A stretch of 64,000 nt of DNA from Pyrinomonadaceae bacterium (GTDB lineage: Bacteria > Acidobacteriota > Blastocatellia > Pyrinomonadales > Pyrinomonadaceae): positions 7,079 to 71,078 of the forward strand of contig JAVEDE010000012.1 of NCBI GenBank assembly GCA_030841105.1, in the 5' to 3' direction. Every line of letters starts with the position of its first letter. Positions within the stretch are counted from its first letter, which is position 1. Both the position numbers and the translations under genes were made by a program. The notes below the pieces were generated by a model. It saw nothing but the letters and a program-made list of their open reading frames with translations, did no database searches and was not told the DNA's origin. Below are positions 10,173 to 19,204 of this stretch, piece by piece.

Positions 10173-11582
10173 ATGAAGAAACAACACCGCAGGCCGCGCC
10201 GCGAGTCGCCGCCCACAACAACAGCCGAAGGGAAGTTGAGCGCGGGCGCTCCGGTCGAAGTCGAGATCGAGCGCATCGTGCCGGGCGGCGCGGGGCTTGG
10301 GCACGCCGACGGCTACACGCTCTTCGTTCAACTTGCCGCGCCCGGCGACCGCGTGCGTGCGCGCGTCGAACGCGTGCGCGGTAAAGTTGCTTTCGCGTCG
10401 GTTGTTGAAGTCATCACGCCGTCGCCCGCGCGCGTCGAACCACCCTGCCCCTACTTCGGACGCTGCGGCGGCTGCGACTTCCAGCAGTTGACCTACGAGG
10501 CGCAACTCGCGGCCAAGGTCGAGATCATACGCGACTGCCTGCGCCGCATCGCGCGCGTCGAACCGCCCGCCGACATCCCAATCACGCCCTCGCCCGCCGT
10601 CTGGCGCTACCGCTCACGCGCGCGCTGGCAGCACGACCCCGTGCGGCAGTTCCTCGGCTACTACGAACTCGCCTCGCACCGCGTCTGCGACGTGACGGAA
10701 TGCCCCGTCGTCCTCCCCGAAGTGCAGGACAAACTCTCGCACCTGCGCGCGACGCTCGCCGCGGGCGGCGACTTTGACGAGACGGAAGAGTTTCAGGCCG
10801 TGGCGGGCGACGACGGCGTCTCGCTCCTCCCGCCGCTTGAGACAGACGACGCGCGCGAACGCTTCCGCGACCTCGCGGGCGAGCGTTATCACTTCGACGC
10901 CGACTGCTTCTTCCAGATCAACCATGCCCTCCTCGAACCGCTCCTCGCCGAAGCCCTCAAGGGCACGGCGGCCGAACCGGACACAACAAGCGAACCAGAC
11001 ACAACGGGCGAGTCGAACACAAAGGGTGAGTCAGACATGACGGGCGAGTCGGGCGAGTCAGTCATGACGGGCGAGTTGGGTGAGACTGGCGCGACGGGCG
11101 GCGAGTCGAACGCGACGGGCGAGACGGCCGTTGACCTCTACTGCGGCGTCGGCCTCTTCACCCTTCCGCTCGCGCGCCGCTTCGCACGCGTCGCCGCCGT
11201 CGAAGGCAACGCGGCGGCCACCGGGTTCGCCCGACGCAACCTCGCCGCCGCCGGACTCACTAACGCCTCCGTCCACACCGCGCGCGTCGGCGAATGGCTC
11301 GCCGCCCACGCGCCAAGTCTCCCGCCCGTTGACTTCCTCCTCCTCGACCCGCCCCGCGCGGGCGCAGAACCCGAAGCCCTCGCGGGCATACTCCTCCTCC
11401 GCCCGCGCCGCATCGCCTACGTCTCCTGCGACCCCGCCACCCTCGCGCGCGACCTCCGCACCCTCTTCGACGCGGGCTACACCCTCGATTCCATCCACGC
11501 CTTCGACATGTTCCCCCAGACACACCACGTCGAAACGGTCGTCCATCTCACGGCGTCGGCTATTACAAACAGAAGTCAGTGA
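10173..11582 (+). CDS. rlmD: 23S rRNA m5U methyltransferase RlmD/TrmA family with TRAM domain
   Basis: CPYFGRCGGC Fe-S motif, FFQIN, DLYCGVG, LDPPRAG, YVSCDPATLARD, DMFPQTHHVE; low-complexity repeat insert ~10970-11130. Confidence 0.9.
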   Translation: MKKQHRRPRRESPPTTTAEGKLSAGAPVEVEIERIVPGGAGLGHADGYTLFVQLAAPGDRVRARVERVRGKVAFASVVEVITPSPARVEPPCPYFGRCGGCDFQQLTYEAQLAAKVEIIRDCLRRIARVEPPADIPITPSPAVWRYRSRARWQHDPVRQFLGYYELASHRVCDVTECPVVLPEVQDKLSHLRATLAAGGDFDETEEFQAVAGDDGVSLLPPLETDDARERFRDLAGERYHFDADCFFQINHALLEPLLAEALKGTAAEPDTTSEPDTTGESNTKGESDMTGESGESVMTGELGETGATGGESNATGETAVDLYCGVGLFTLPLARRFARVAAVEGNAAATGFARRNLAAAGLTNASVHTARVGEWLAAHAPSLPPVDFLLLDPPRAGAEPEALAGILLLRPRRIAYVSCDPATLARDLRTLFDAGYTLDSIHAFDMFPQTHHVETVVHLTASAITNRSQ

Positions 11583-11590
11583 AAATATAT

Positions 11591-11640
11591 AGAAGTGAGC
11601 AGCCGTCTACTTCATTGGAAGTAACCGGCTGCTCACTTCT
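11591..11640. terminator. Long hairpin between convergent rlmD and SGNH genes
   Basis: AGAAGTGAGCAGCCG...CGGCTGCTCACTTCT with inner TACTTC-attg-GAAGTA. Confidence 0.65.
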
Positions 11641-11741
11641 TCGTGCGGGATGGCGGTTAAGTCTGTGCGTGCTCGCAGTCTTGCCGATTGTCGTGGCGAA
11701 CAGGAGACAGCGAGCGGCGGCGTCATTTGGTGTCGCTCAGA

Positions 11742-12749
11742 TCAGACCTTGTTGAGCACGTCAGCAAATTTCTTCGTTACCAGATCAAACCCCGTCGCGT
11801 TGGGGTGCAATTCGTTCGCCCAATGCTTCTTGTACGTGCTGTCGTGATTCAACGTGCCGCGTAGATCGAGGTAGTGTACGTGTGCGAACTCCGGGAGCGC
11901 GCTCACGGCTCTAAGCATCGCATTGAAGCGGTCAATGAGTTGCACGATCACCTGTGTGTTCTTCGTCAGATCGTCGTGTCCTTTTTTCTGGAAAGCGGGC
12001 TTCAACCAAGGCCCCGGCAATTTCCACCAGCCTCCCGCGAAACCCCGGCCATCGGGAACCGGATAGTCGTAGCCGTGTGTGATGATGGGAATCGCACGGC
12101 CGAGGTAGGATCTGGCGATGACTGTGAGACTGCTGAGGATGCTTGCATACGCTTGCTTCAAGCGCACGTCTATGACGCCGCGAAGGATGTCCTCGTTTAA
12201 GGGCGGCAGCTTTGATGTCGCATGGTTGAGGAGGATGGCGAACTCATCTCCGGCAATGTCGTTGCCACCGCCCGACAACAGAATGGCGCGCGGCACTTTG
12301 GCCTCGCGGAGCAATTTCTCCAGACGGCGCGCGAACTCCTCGAATTGCCCTCTGGAATGCGCCATGTCTTCAACACAGTCTCCCATGTGTGCCACGGACT
12401 CGACATCGTAGAGATACTTATCTTCGAGCAGCCGCAGCACGTCCTGCATGGGATAGTCGAACCACGAGTCGCCTTCGGCGATCAGCACCCCGACAGATGT
12501 CCTCGCGCCAAACAAGGCTCGCGTCGTCTCCGGGATGAAAGCCGCCGTGTTGAGTCCGCGTGCGTCCGCGTCGAGTCCGCGGGGGCTTGCGGCCAGTTCC
12601 TTTTCAATCGCCGCACGCTGGCGACGCTGTTTCGCGCGGAACTCGATCACCTCTTCCGCAGCGCTTTGCCCACCGGCTATCGCGGCGCGAAGGTTGACGT
12701 CTGTTCGCGCCGGATCACGTTTCGTTGCAGTCTTCTTCTTTGTTGCCAA
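11742..12749 (-). CDS. SGNH/GDSL hydrolase family protein (TTG start)
   Basis: AEGDSWF, SGGGND, WANELHP blocks; AGGAGG RBS upstream. Confidence 0.75.
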   Translation of the reverse strand: MATKKKTATKRDPARTDVNLRAAIAGGQSAAEEVIEFRAKQRRQRAAIEKELAASPRGLDADARGLNTAAFIPETTRALFGARTSVGVLIAEGDSWFDYPMQDVLRLLEDKYLYDVESVAHMGDCVEDMAHSRGQFEEFARRLEKLLREAKVPRAILLSGGGNDIAGDEFAILLNHATSKLPPLNEDILRGVIDVRLKQAYASILSSLTVIARSYLGRAIPIITHGYDYPVPDGRGFAGGWWKLPGPWLKPAFQKKGHDDLTKNTQVIVQLIDRFNAMLRAVSALPEFAHVHYLDLRGTLNHDSTYKKHWANELHPNATGFDLVTKKFADVLNKV

Positions 12750-13114
12750 GTTTCCTCCTTATCTCAACGCTCTACAGGAAATGTCTTCAGCCATGCTTCG
12801 AGTGCGCCAAGGTTCGCGCCTAACTTCGGGCAATAATATAGGTGACTCACCTCCGTGTAAATTTGATAAAAGCTGCTTGAGATGATTCGAGAGACAGGGG
12901 TTGTCAAAAGGTGACGCCGCAAGTGGTAATCGTGCCGGTTCGTCGCCGTGTGAATCAACAATATTTATTGCCCTCATGATCTGAAATGAGTCCCGGTGAC
13001 TAAAAACGTGTGCGACGGAGAGAGGTTCTTGAGGTAAACTGGCACACCGTCGCCTCGCCGGAAATCGCCTCGTAGTGGACGCTGGTAGGGAATACTCGGC
13101 TCAGAGAATTCAGG

Positions 13115-15061
13115 ATGGCGAAAGAGATAAGATCGGCCGCGCTGCGTTACGGGTTGGCGTTGGGGGCATTCGCGCTGCTCCTGATGTTGTCCTTCGGACT
13201 CCAGAAGGTGTTCAAGTTGAGGCTCGACGTGACGCCTCTGGTCATCGCCTTGATGATCGCCAGCGCGTGGTATCTGGGGCGAGGGCCGGGGCTTCTCGTC
13301 GCCTTCGCGTTCGAGATCACGTTGGACTACTTCGCGGGCGTGCCGCTGACGGGCAGAGCCGCGTTCGTGGTCTTCAACCGGCTCGTCCTCTTCGTGAGTC
13401 TGGTGCTGTTCGCGAGTTCGCGGCGCGGCGCTGAGAAGCGTCTGCGCGAACAGCGCGAGTGGTTGCAGGTCTCGCTGTCGAGCATCGGCGACGCCGTGAT
13501 CGCGACCGACATCAAAGGCTCGATCAACTTCATCAACCCAACGGCCGAAGCTCTCACGGGCTGGACGACGCGCAGCGGCGCGGGGCGGCCGCTCGGCGAA
13601 GTATTCAACATCGTCAACGAGGAGACGCGCGAGCCGGTGGAAAGCCCGTTCGAGGCCATCGTGCGCGAAGGCGTCGTCGTCGGGCTTGCCAATCACACCA
13701 CGCTCGTCGCCAGAGACGGCCGGGAAATTCCGATTGAAGATAGCGGCGCACCGATCAAGGATCAGAGCGGGCGCATCATCGGCGTGATCATCGTCTTCCA
13801 CGACGTGAGCGAGCGCAGGCGCGCGGCGCGCGAGCGCGAGCAGTTGCTCGAAAGTGAACGCGCGGCGCGCGGCGCGGCCGAAACCTCCGCCCGTCTCAAG
13901 GACGAATTCCTCTCCACCGTCTCGCACGAACTGCGCACGCCCCTCACCTCGATCCTCGGCTGGGCGGCGCTCTTCAATTCCGGCATCCTCGACGAAGAGA
14001 GCGTCCGCAAGGCGATGCAGGTCATCGAGCATAACGCGCGCGCGCAGACGCGGATCGTTGACGACATCCTCGACGTGTCGCACATCATCGCCGGTAAATT
14101 GAAAGTGAACCGCGCGCCGCTCGCGCTCGCCCCCGTCGTGCAGTCCGCGGTGGACACCTTGCAGCCCGCAGCGGCCGCCAAAGAGATCACACTGGCGGTC
14201 GCGCTCGAACACACGGCGGGCGTGATCCTCGGCGACGCGGAACGCTTGCAGCAGATCATCTGGAATCTGGTCGCGAACGCGATCAAGTTCACGCCCGCGG
14301 GGGGGCTGATCGAAGTGAGCATGGCGCGCGTCGAGTCGAGCCTTGAGGTGCGCGTGCGTGATGACGGCATCGGCATTGACGCGCAGTTCGTCCCTTACGT
14401 CTTCGAGCGGTTCAGGCAGGCCGACTCGTCAACGACGCGTTCCTACGGCGGGTTGGGCTTGGGTCTCGCCATCGTGCGCCATCTGGTCGAACTGCACGGC
14501 GGCACGGTTGCGGCCGAAAGCGACGGCGCGGGCACGGGCGCAACGTTCATCGTGCGGCTGCCGCTGGCAACTGCAAACGAGGGGACGGCCGCTGCGGCGC
14601 AACTTCCGGGCGACTCCGCGGCCGCGCTGTCTCTGCCGCGAGCGGCGTTTGACGTGAGGGGCGACTCGGAGTTGGTGGGCTTGCGCGTGCTTGTGGTTGA
14701 CGACGAGCCGGACACGCTTGAGATTTTATGCGCGGTCTTGAATCAATACGGGGCGCACGTGCGCGCCGCCGGTTCGAGCACGGACGCGTTGAGAGCGTTG
14801 TCGGGGTGGAAGCCGAACGTGCTGGTTTCCGATCTCGGCATGCCGGGCGAAGACGGCTTCGCGCTCATCGGCAAGGTGCGCGCGCTCGCGCCGGAGCACG
14901 GGGGCGACATCCCCGCCGCCGCGCTGACGGCTTACGTCAGAGACGAAGACCGTCGCCGCGCGCTCGCCGCGGGCTACCAGACGCACATCCCCAAACCCGT
15001 CGATCCGTCGCACCTCGTGTCGGCCGTGGCGGGACTGATGAAGTTGACGAAGCGAGTTTAA
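13115..15061 (+). CDS. Membrane PAS hybrid sensor histidine kinase/response regulator
   Basis: N-terminal TMs, PAS ([10 protein letters not shown]), H-box [10 protein letters not shown] boxes, receiver VLVVDD...SDLGMP...KP. Confidence 0.93.
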   Translation: MAKEIRSAALRYGLALGAFALLLMLSFGLQKVFKLRLDVTPLVIALMIASAWYLGRGPGLLVAFAFEITLDYFAGVPLTGRAAFVVFNRLVLFVSLVLFASSRRGAEKRLREQREWLQVSLSSIGDAVIATDIKGSINFINPTAEALTGWTTRSGAGRPLGEVFNIVNEETREPVESPFEAIVREGVVVGLANHTTLVARDGREIPIEDSGAPIKDQSGRIIGVIIVFHDVSERRRAAREREQLLESERAARGAAETSARLKDEFLSTVSHELRTPLTSILGWAALFNSGILDEESVRKAMQVIEHNARAQTRIVDDILDVSHIIAGKLKVNRAPLALAPVVQSAVDTLQPAAAAKEITLAVALEHTAGVILGDAERLQQIIWNLVANAIKFTPAGGLIEVSMARVESSLEVRVRDDGIGIDAQFVPYVFERFRQADSSTTRSYGGLGLGLAIVRHLVELHGGTVAAESDGAGTGATFIVRLPLATANEGTAAAAQLPGDSAAALSLPRAAFDVRGDSELVGLRVLVVDDEPDTLEILCAVLNQYGAHVRAAGSSTDALRALSGWKPNVLVSDLGMPGEDGFALIGKVRALAPEHGGDIPAAALTAYVRDEDRRRALAAGYQTHIPKPVDPSHLVSAVAGLMKLTKRV

Positions 15062-15110
15062 GTTGACGAAGCGAGTTTAACCGGCGGCACAGACCAAAGG
15101 CTGAAACAAC

Positions 15111-17912
15111 TTGCCACACACGGCGACGGCTTCTCACAGGCCGTCTTTCAATCCTCACCCGCTCGCACTGTTGGCGGCCTCGTTCGCCGCCGGGATACTG
15201 CTCGCGCGCTTTATTGCGCCGCCGCTTTTCAACTCCATACTTGCAAGCGCACTCATAACACTGCTCGCGCTCGTCGCCTTCAAACTCAAACGACCCGCGC
15301 TCGCGACGACGTGCACGCTGCTCGCGTTCGCAGCGGTCGGCGCGACCTTCGCCGAAGTTGAGCGGCGCGGCGTCGGCGCGGAGCGCGTGCGGCGTCTGTA
15401 CGAAGATGGGCGCGTCGCTTCGGGCGACCCGGTGGAGATCACCGGGGTCGTCGCACGCGCGCCGGAGTTCGCGCCGGACGGTTTTTATCTCGCGCTCGGC
15501 GTAGAGCGTCTCAGCGCGCGCGGGGCGGAGCGCGCAGCGTCGGGCGCGGTTGAGTTGTTCGCGCCCGTGCGCGACGCGCGAACGAGAGAGAGGTACGCGG
15601 AATTGGAGTTGCGACGCGGCGCGCGCGTGCGCGTGCTGGTCGCGCTCGAACGCGCGGAGGAGTTTCGCAATCCGGGCGGCACGTCGCTCACGGAATTTTT
15701 GGAACGGCGCGGGGTGGACGCGCGGGGCACGCTCAAAAGCCCGCTGCTCTTGGAGCGACTCGACGACGAACGCGTGCCGCTCTTGCTCGTGTGGCTCGAA
15801 GCGTGGCGCGAGCATCTGCGCGGGCGCATGTCGGAACTTTTTTCGGCGGAGACGGCGGGCGTCTTGCAGGCCGCGCTGCTGGGCAACCGGCACGGCCTGA
15901 CGCGCGCGAGCGCCGAGCGTTTTCGCGAAGGCGGCACGTTTCACGTCCTCGTGATCAGCGGTTTGCACATCAGTTTCGTCGGCGGACTCGTGCTGCTGTT
16001 GATGCGGCGCGTGACGGGGCGACGCGCCTTGCAGTTCGCAGTGCCGTGCGTCGTGCTGTGGCTCTACACGCTGGCGGTCGGCGCGGAGTCGTCGGTGGTG
16101 CGCGCGGCTTTGATGTTCACGGTGGTCGCGCTCGCGCCCGTCGTCGGCCGGCGCGGGGCGACGCTGAACGCGCTCGGCGGCGCGGCGCTCGCGCTGCTCG
16201 CCTACCGACCGGCGGAGCTTTTCGATCCGTCGTTCCAACTCACGTTCCTGTCGGTGCTCGGCATCGTCGCGCTCGGCTGGCCGCTCCTCGAACGACTGCG
16301 CGCGGTCGGCAGTTGGCATCCGACACGCGCCACGCCGCGCCCGCCCGCGTGCCCGCGCTGGTTTCGCGCGCTCGGCGAGACTTTGTTCTGGAGCGAGCGC
16401 GCATGGCGACATGACGCGGCGCGAAACGTCTACAACTATCGCCTCTTCAAGACGGGCGCGGCCGCGCAGTTGGAGCGTTGGCGCGTGCAGTGGTTGGCGC
16501 GTTACGCCTGCGGCGCGATGGTCGTCTCGGCGAGCGTGCAGGTGTTGTTGCTGCCGTTGTTCGTCGTCTACTTTCATCGCGTGTCGGCGGCGTCGGTGTT
16601 GCTGAACGTCTTCGTCGGCGTGTTGATGGCCGCCGTCTCGCTCGGCTCGCTGGCGGCATTGATGATCGCGTCTGTCAGTGCGAGTGCGGCGCGGCCGCTC
16701 GTGTGGCTGGTGGAGCAGATGAACTGGCTGATGACGCACGGCGTTGACCCGTTCGCACGCGCGGGCGTGGCGTCGCTCAGGCTGCCGGAATACACGGGGC
16801 GCGCCGCCGCGATCTACGTTTTGTACTACGTGCCGCTCGCCCTCTTGCTCGTCAGCCTCGCGCGCTGGCAACCTGTGCCACCGCCGACGGGCGTGTCACC
16901 ACCAAAAGAAGTGACAGGACGCACGCGGCGACCGGAAGAAGTGTCGGGACGCGCACGGCGACGCCTCGCGCGGCGGTTCGCGTGGGTGACTGCGACGTTC
17001 TGCCTGTCGCTCGTCGTGCTGCACCCGCTCAGCGCGGGGCGACCCGACGGGCGTCTGCGTCTCGACCTGCTCGACGTGGGGCAGGGCGACGCCGCGCTCC
17101 TGACGTTCCCGAACGGCGCGACGCTGTTGGTTGACGCGGGCGGCCGCGCTGATTTCGGCGCACGCGGGGGAGAAGTTGAGGGCGACGCTGCTACGACGAC
17201 GGCGGCGGCGCGGTTCGAGCGCGACGCGCGCGGCATCGGCGAAGCGGTCGTGTCTGAATACCTCTGGTGGCGCGGGCGGGCGCAGGTTGATTACATACTC
17301 GCCACCCACGCGCACGCCGATCACATGAGCGGCTTGAACGACATCGCGCATAACTTCAAAGTGCGCGCCGCTCTCTTCGGTCGCGCCGACGCGGGCGGGG
17401 CGGAGTACGCGCGCCTCGCCGGGACGCTCCGCGGCGAGCGCATCCCCTTCGAACTCGTCGGACGCGGCGACCGACTCAAGTTCGGCGCGGCCACGGTGGA
17501 TGTGCTCTGGCCGCCGCGCGCGGGCGAAGAGACCGGGGTGTTGTCGGAGAATAACGACTCGCTCGTGCTGCGCGTGCGCTACGGCTCGCGCGCGTTCCTC
17601 TTGACGGGCGACGTCGAACGCGACGCAGAGGCCGCGCTCGTCGCCGCGGGCGACGAACTGCGCAGCGACGTGGTGAAGATCGCGCACCACGGCAGCCGCA
17701 CCTCTTCCACGGAATCCTTCGTCAAGGCCGTGCGCCCCTCAGTCGCCGTCGTCTCGGTCGGCCTCGCCTCGCCCTTCGGCCACCCGGACAACAACGTCTT
17801 GGAACGCTGGCGCGCGTCCGGCGCACAAGTCCTACAGACCGGCCGCAGCGGCACGATCACCATCAGCACCGACGGCTCAGACTTGAAGGTCGAAACTTTT
17901 GTGCGTGAATGA
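15111..17912 (+). CDS. comEC: ComEC/Rec2 DNA uptake channel with metallo-beta-lactamase domain
   Basis: HVLVISGLH, SFQLTF, LDVGQGDA, THAHADHMSG, HHGSRTS. Confidence 0.92.
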   Translation: MPHTATASHRPSFNPHPLALLAASFAAGILLARFIAPPLFNSILASALITLLALVAFKLKRPALATTCTLLAFAAVGATFAEVERRGVGAERVRRLYEDGRVASGDPVEITGVVARAPEFAPDGFYLALGVERLSARGAERAASGAVELFAPVRDARTRERYAELELRRGARVRVLVALERAEEFRNPGGTSLTEFLERRGVDARGTLKSPLLLERLDDERVPLLLVWLEAWREHLRGRMSELFSAETAGVLQAALLGNRHGLTRASAERFREGGTFHVLVISGLHISFVGGLVLLLMRRVTGRRALQFAVPCVVLWLYTLAVGAESSVVRAALMFTVVALAPVVGRRGATLNALGGAALALLAYRPAELFDPSFQLTFLSVLGIVALGWPLLERLRAVGSWHPTRATPRPPACPRWFRALGETLFWSERAWRHDAARNVYNYRLFKTGAAAQLERWRVQWLARYACGAMVVSASVQVLLLPLFVVYFHRVSAASVLLNVFVGVLMAAVSLGSLAALMIASVSASAARPLVWLVEQMNWLMTHGVDPFARAGVASLRLPEYTGRAAAIYVLYYVPLALLLVSLARWQPVPPPTGVSPPKEVTGRTRRPEEVSGRARRRLARRFAWVTATFCLSLVVLHPLSAGRPDGRLRLDLLDVGQGDAALLTFPNGATLLVDAGGRADFGARGGEVEGDAATTTAAARFERDARGIGEAVVSEYLWWRGRAQVDYILATHAHADHMSGLNDIAHNFKVRAALFGRADAGGAEYARLAGTLRGERIPFELVGRGDRLKFGAATVDVLWPPRAGEETGVLSENNDSLVLRVRYGSRAFLLTGDVERDAEAALVAAGDELRSDVVKIAHHGSRTSSTESFVKAVRPSVAVVSVGLASPFGHPDNNVLERWRASGAQVLQTGRSGTITISTDGSDLKVETFVRE

Positions 17913-18161
17913 GCAAAGGGGAAAGGGGAAAGGTAAAAGGGGAAAGGTAAAAGGTAAAAGGCGAGAATATAGAACCGCGTGGCTGACACGCGCTCGTCAC
18001 CTTTCCCCCTTACCCTTTACCCCTTCCCCTTTCGTTCGGGTGACAGGGAAACTTTGTGCGTGTAAATTGTTTGAGCCATCCGGCGGCGGGTGTGCGGCGC
18101 GTTGGTTGCGGCCGGGCGCGGCGGAAGAATTACGAATCAATCAATGCAGGGAGTTGTAAGC

Positions 18162-18536
18162 ATGGCAGAATCCGGGACGGCGAACGCGTCGCCGCTTTAT
18201 GACGAACGCCCGTGGGGGTCGTTTACGGTGCTCGACGAGGGCGAGGACTTCAAGGTCAAGCGCATCGAAGTCTTGGCCGGGAAGCGGCTGAGCTACCAGA
18301 AGCACGCGCAGCGCGCCGAGCACTGGATGGTGGTGGCGGGCGCGGGGCTGGTGACTTTAAACGACGAAGAGATCACGCTGCGGACGGGCGACACCATAGA
18401 CATTCCCGTCGAGGCGAAGCACCGCATCGAAAATCCCGGCTCGGAGAAATTGATCTTCATCGAAATCCAACGCGGCTCATATCTCGGCGAGGACGACATC
18501 GTGCGCTTCAGCGACGACTTCGGCCGGACGGGATGA
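18162..18536 (+). CDS. Mannose-6-phosphate isomerase type II C-terminal cupin
   Basis: RPWGSF, KRLSYQKH, EHW, GSYLGEDDIVRFSDDFGR. Confidence 0.9.
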   Translation: MAESGTANASPLYDERPWGSFTVLDEGEDFKVKRIEVLAGKRLSYQKHAQRAEHWMVVAGAGLVTLNDEEITLRTGDTIDIPVEAKHRIENPGSEKLIFIEIQRGSYLGEDDIVRFSDDFGRTG

Positions 18537-18548
18537 GATAAGTTTCAA

Positions 18549-18896
18549 TCAGTTGACGGTAACGAAGGCGCGCAGAGCCTCGAAGCGTCGCTCGCTGATG
18601 CCGCGCACGATGATGAGGTGTTCGACGCGTCGAAACGCCCCGTGGCGTTCGCGATGTGCGATGATGCGCGCGGCCAGCCCTTCGCCGATGCCGGGCAGCC
18701 GTTCCAACTCTTCGCGCGTGGCGGTGTTGATGTTGACGGGCGGCGGCGTCGTGGTTTGTGTGGAGGGCGCGAGTCCACTTGTTGTGAGACCGCTTACAAC
18801 TCCGGCGCGACGGGGCAACTTAACACACGAAGCGGCACACGCGAGGATGAGCGCGTAGCAGAAAAATACGAGCGGGAAAAAGCGCGTGCGCCGCAC
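18549..18896 (-). CDS. comEA: ComEA-like helix-hairpin-helix (lipo)protein; start uncertain
   Basis: VNINTATREELERLPGIG...LIIVRGIS HhH pair; hydrophobic signal ending in Cys. Confidence 0.8.
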   Translation of the reverse strand: MRRTRFFPLVFFCYALILACAASCVKLPRRAGVVSGLTTSGLAPSTQTTTPPPVNINTATREELERLPGIGEGLAARIIAHRERHGAFRRVEHLIIVRGISERRFEALRAFVTVN

Positions 18897-18985
18897 TAAA
18901 GGGCGTTGATTGCGCGGTTCAAAGCGTTGAGCGTCCACGTCTTTAACGGCCTTTGAAACAGGAATGCGAAACTTTGCCGCGAAGA

Positions 18986-19076
18986 TGTGCAAAATGCTAG
19001 AAGTCTAAAGTTGTCAAGAACTTGTAACGCCGAAAAGCGTTTTTTCCACAGACTTTTCCACAGATTCTGTGGAAAA
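18986..19076. promoter_or_regulatory. Cluster of four DnaA boxes
   Basis: TGTGCAAAA 18986-18994, TTTTCCACA 19042-19050 and 19054-19062, TGTGGAAAA 19068-19076; all match TTWTNCACA. Confidence 0.7.
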
Positions 19077-19204
19077 GTTGCCGGAATCATTTCGGAGTGT
19101 GAATTTCGGATCGCGGCTTCGTGATTGCGAAGTCCCTATCAAAGAATCACGCCTTTAATCAGCGCTCCGCACCACGCAGTCCACAAGCCGCATTTCGCAA
19201 TCCG

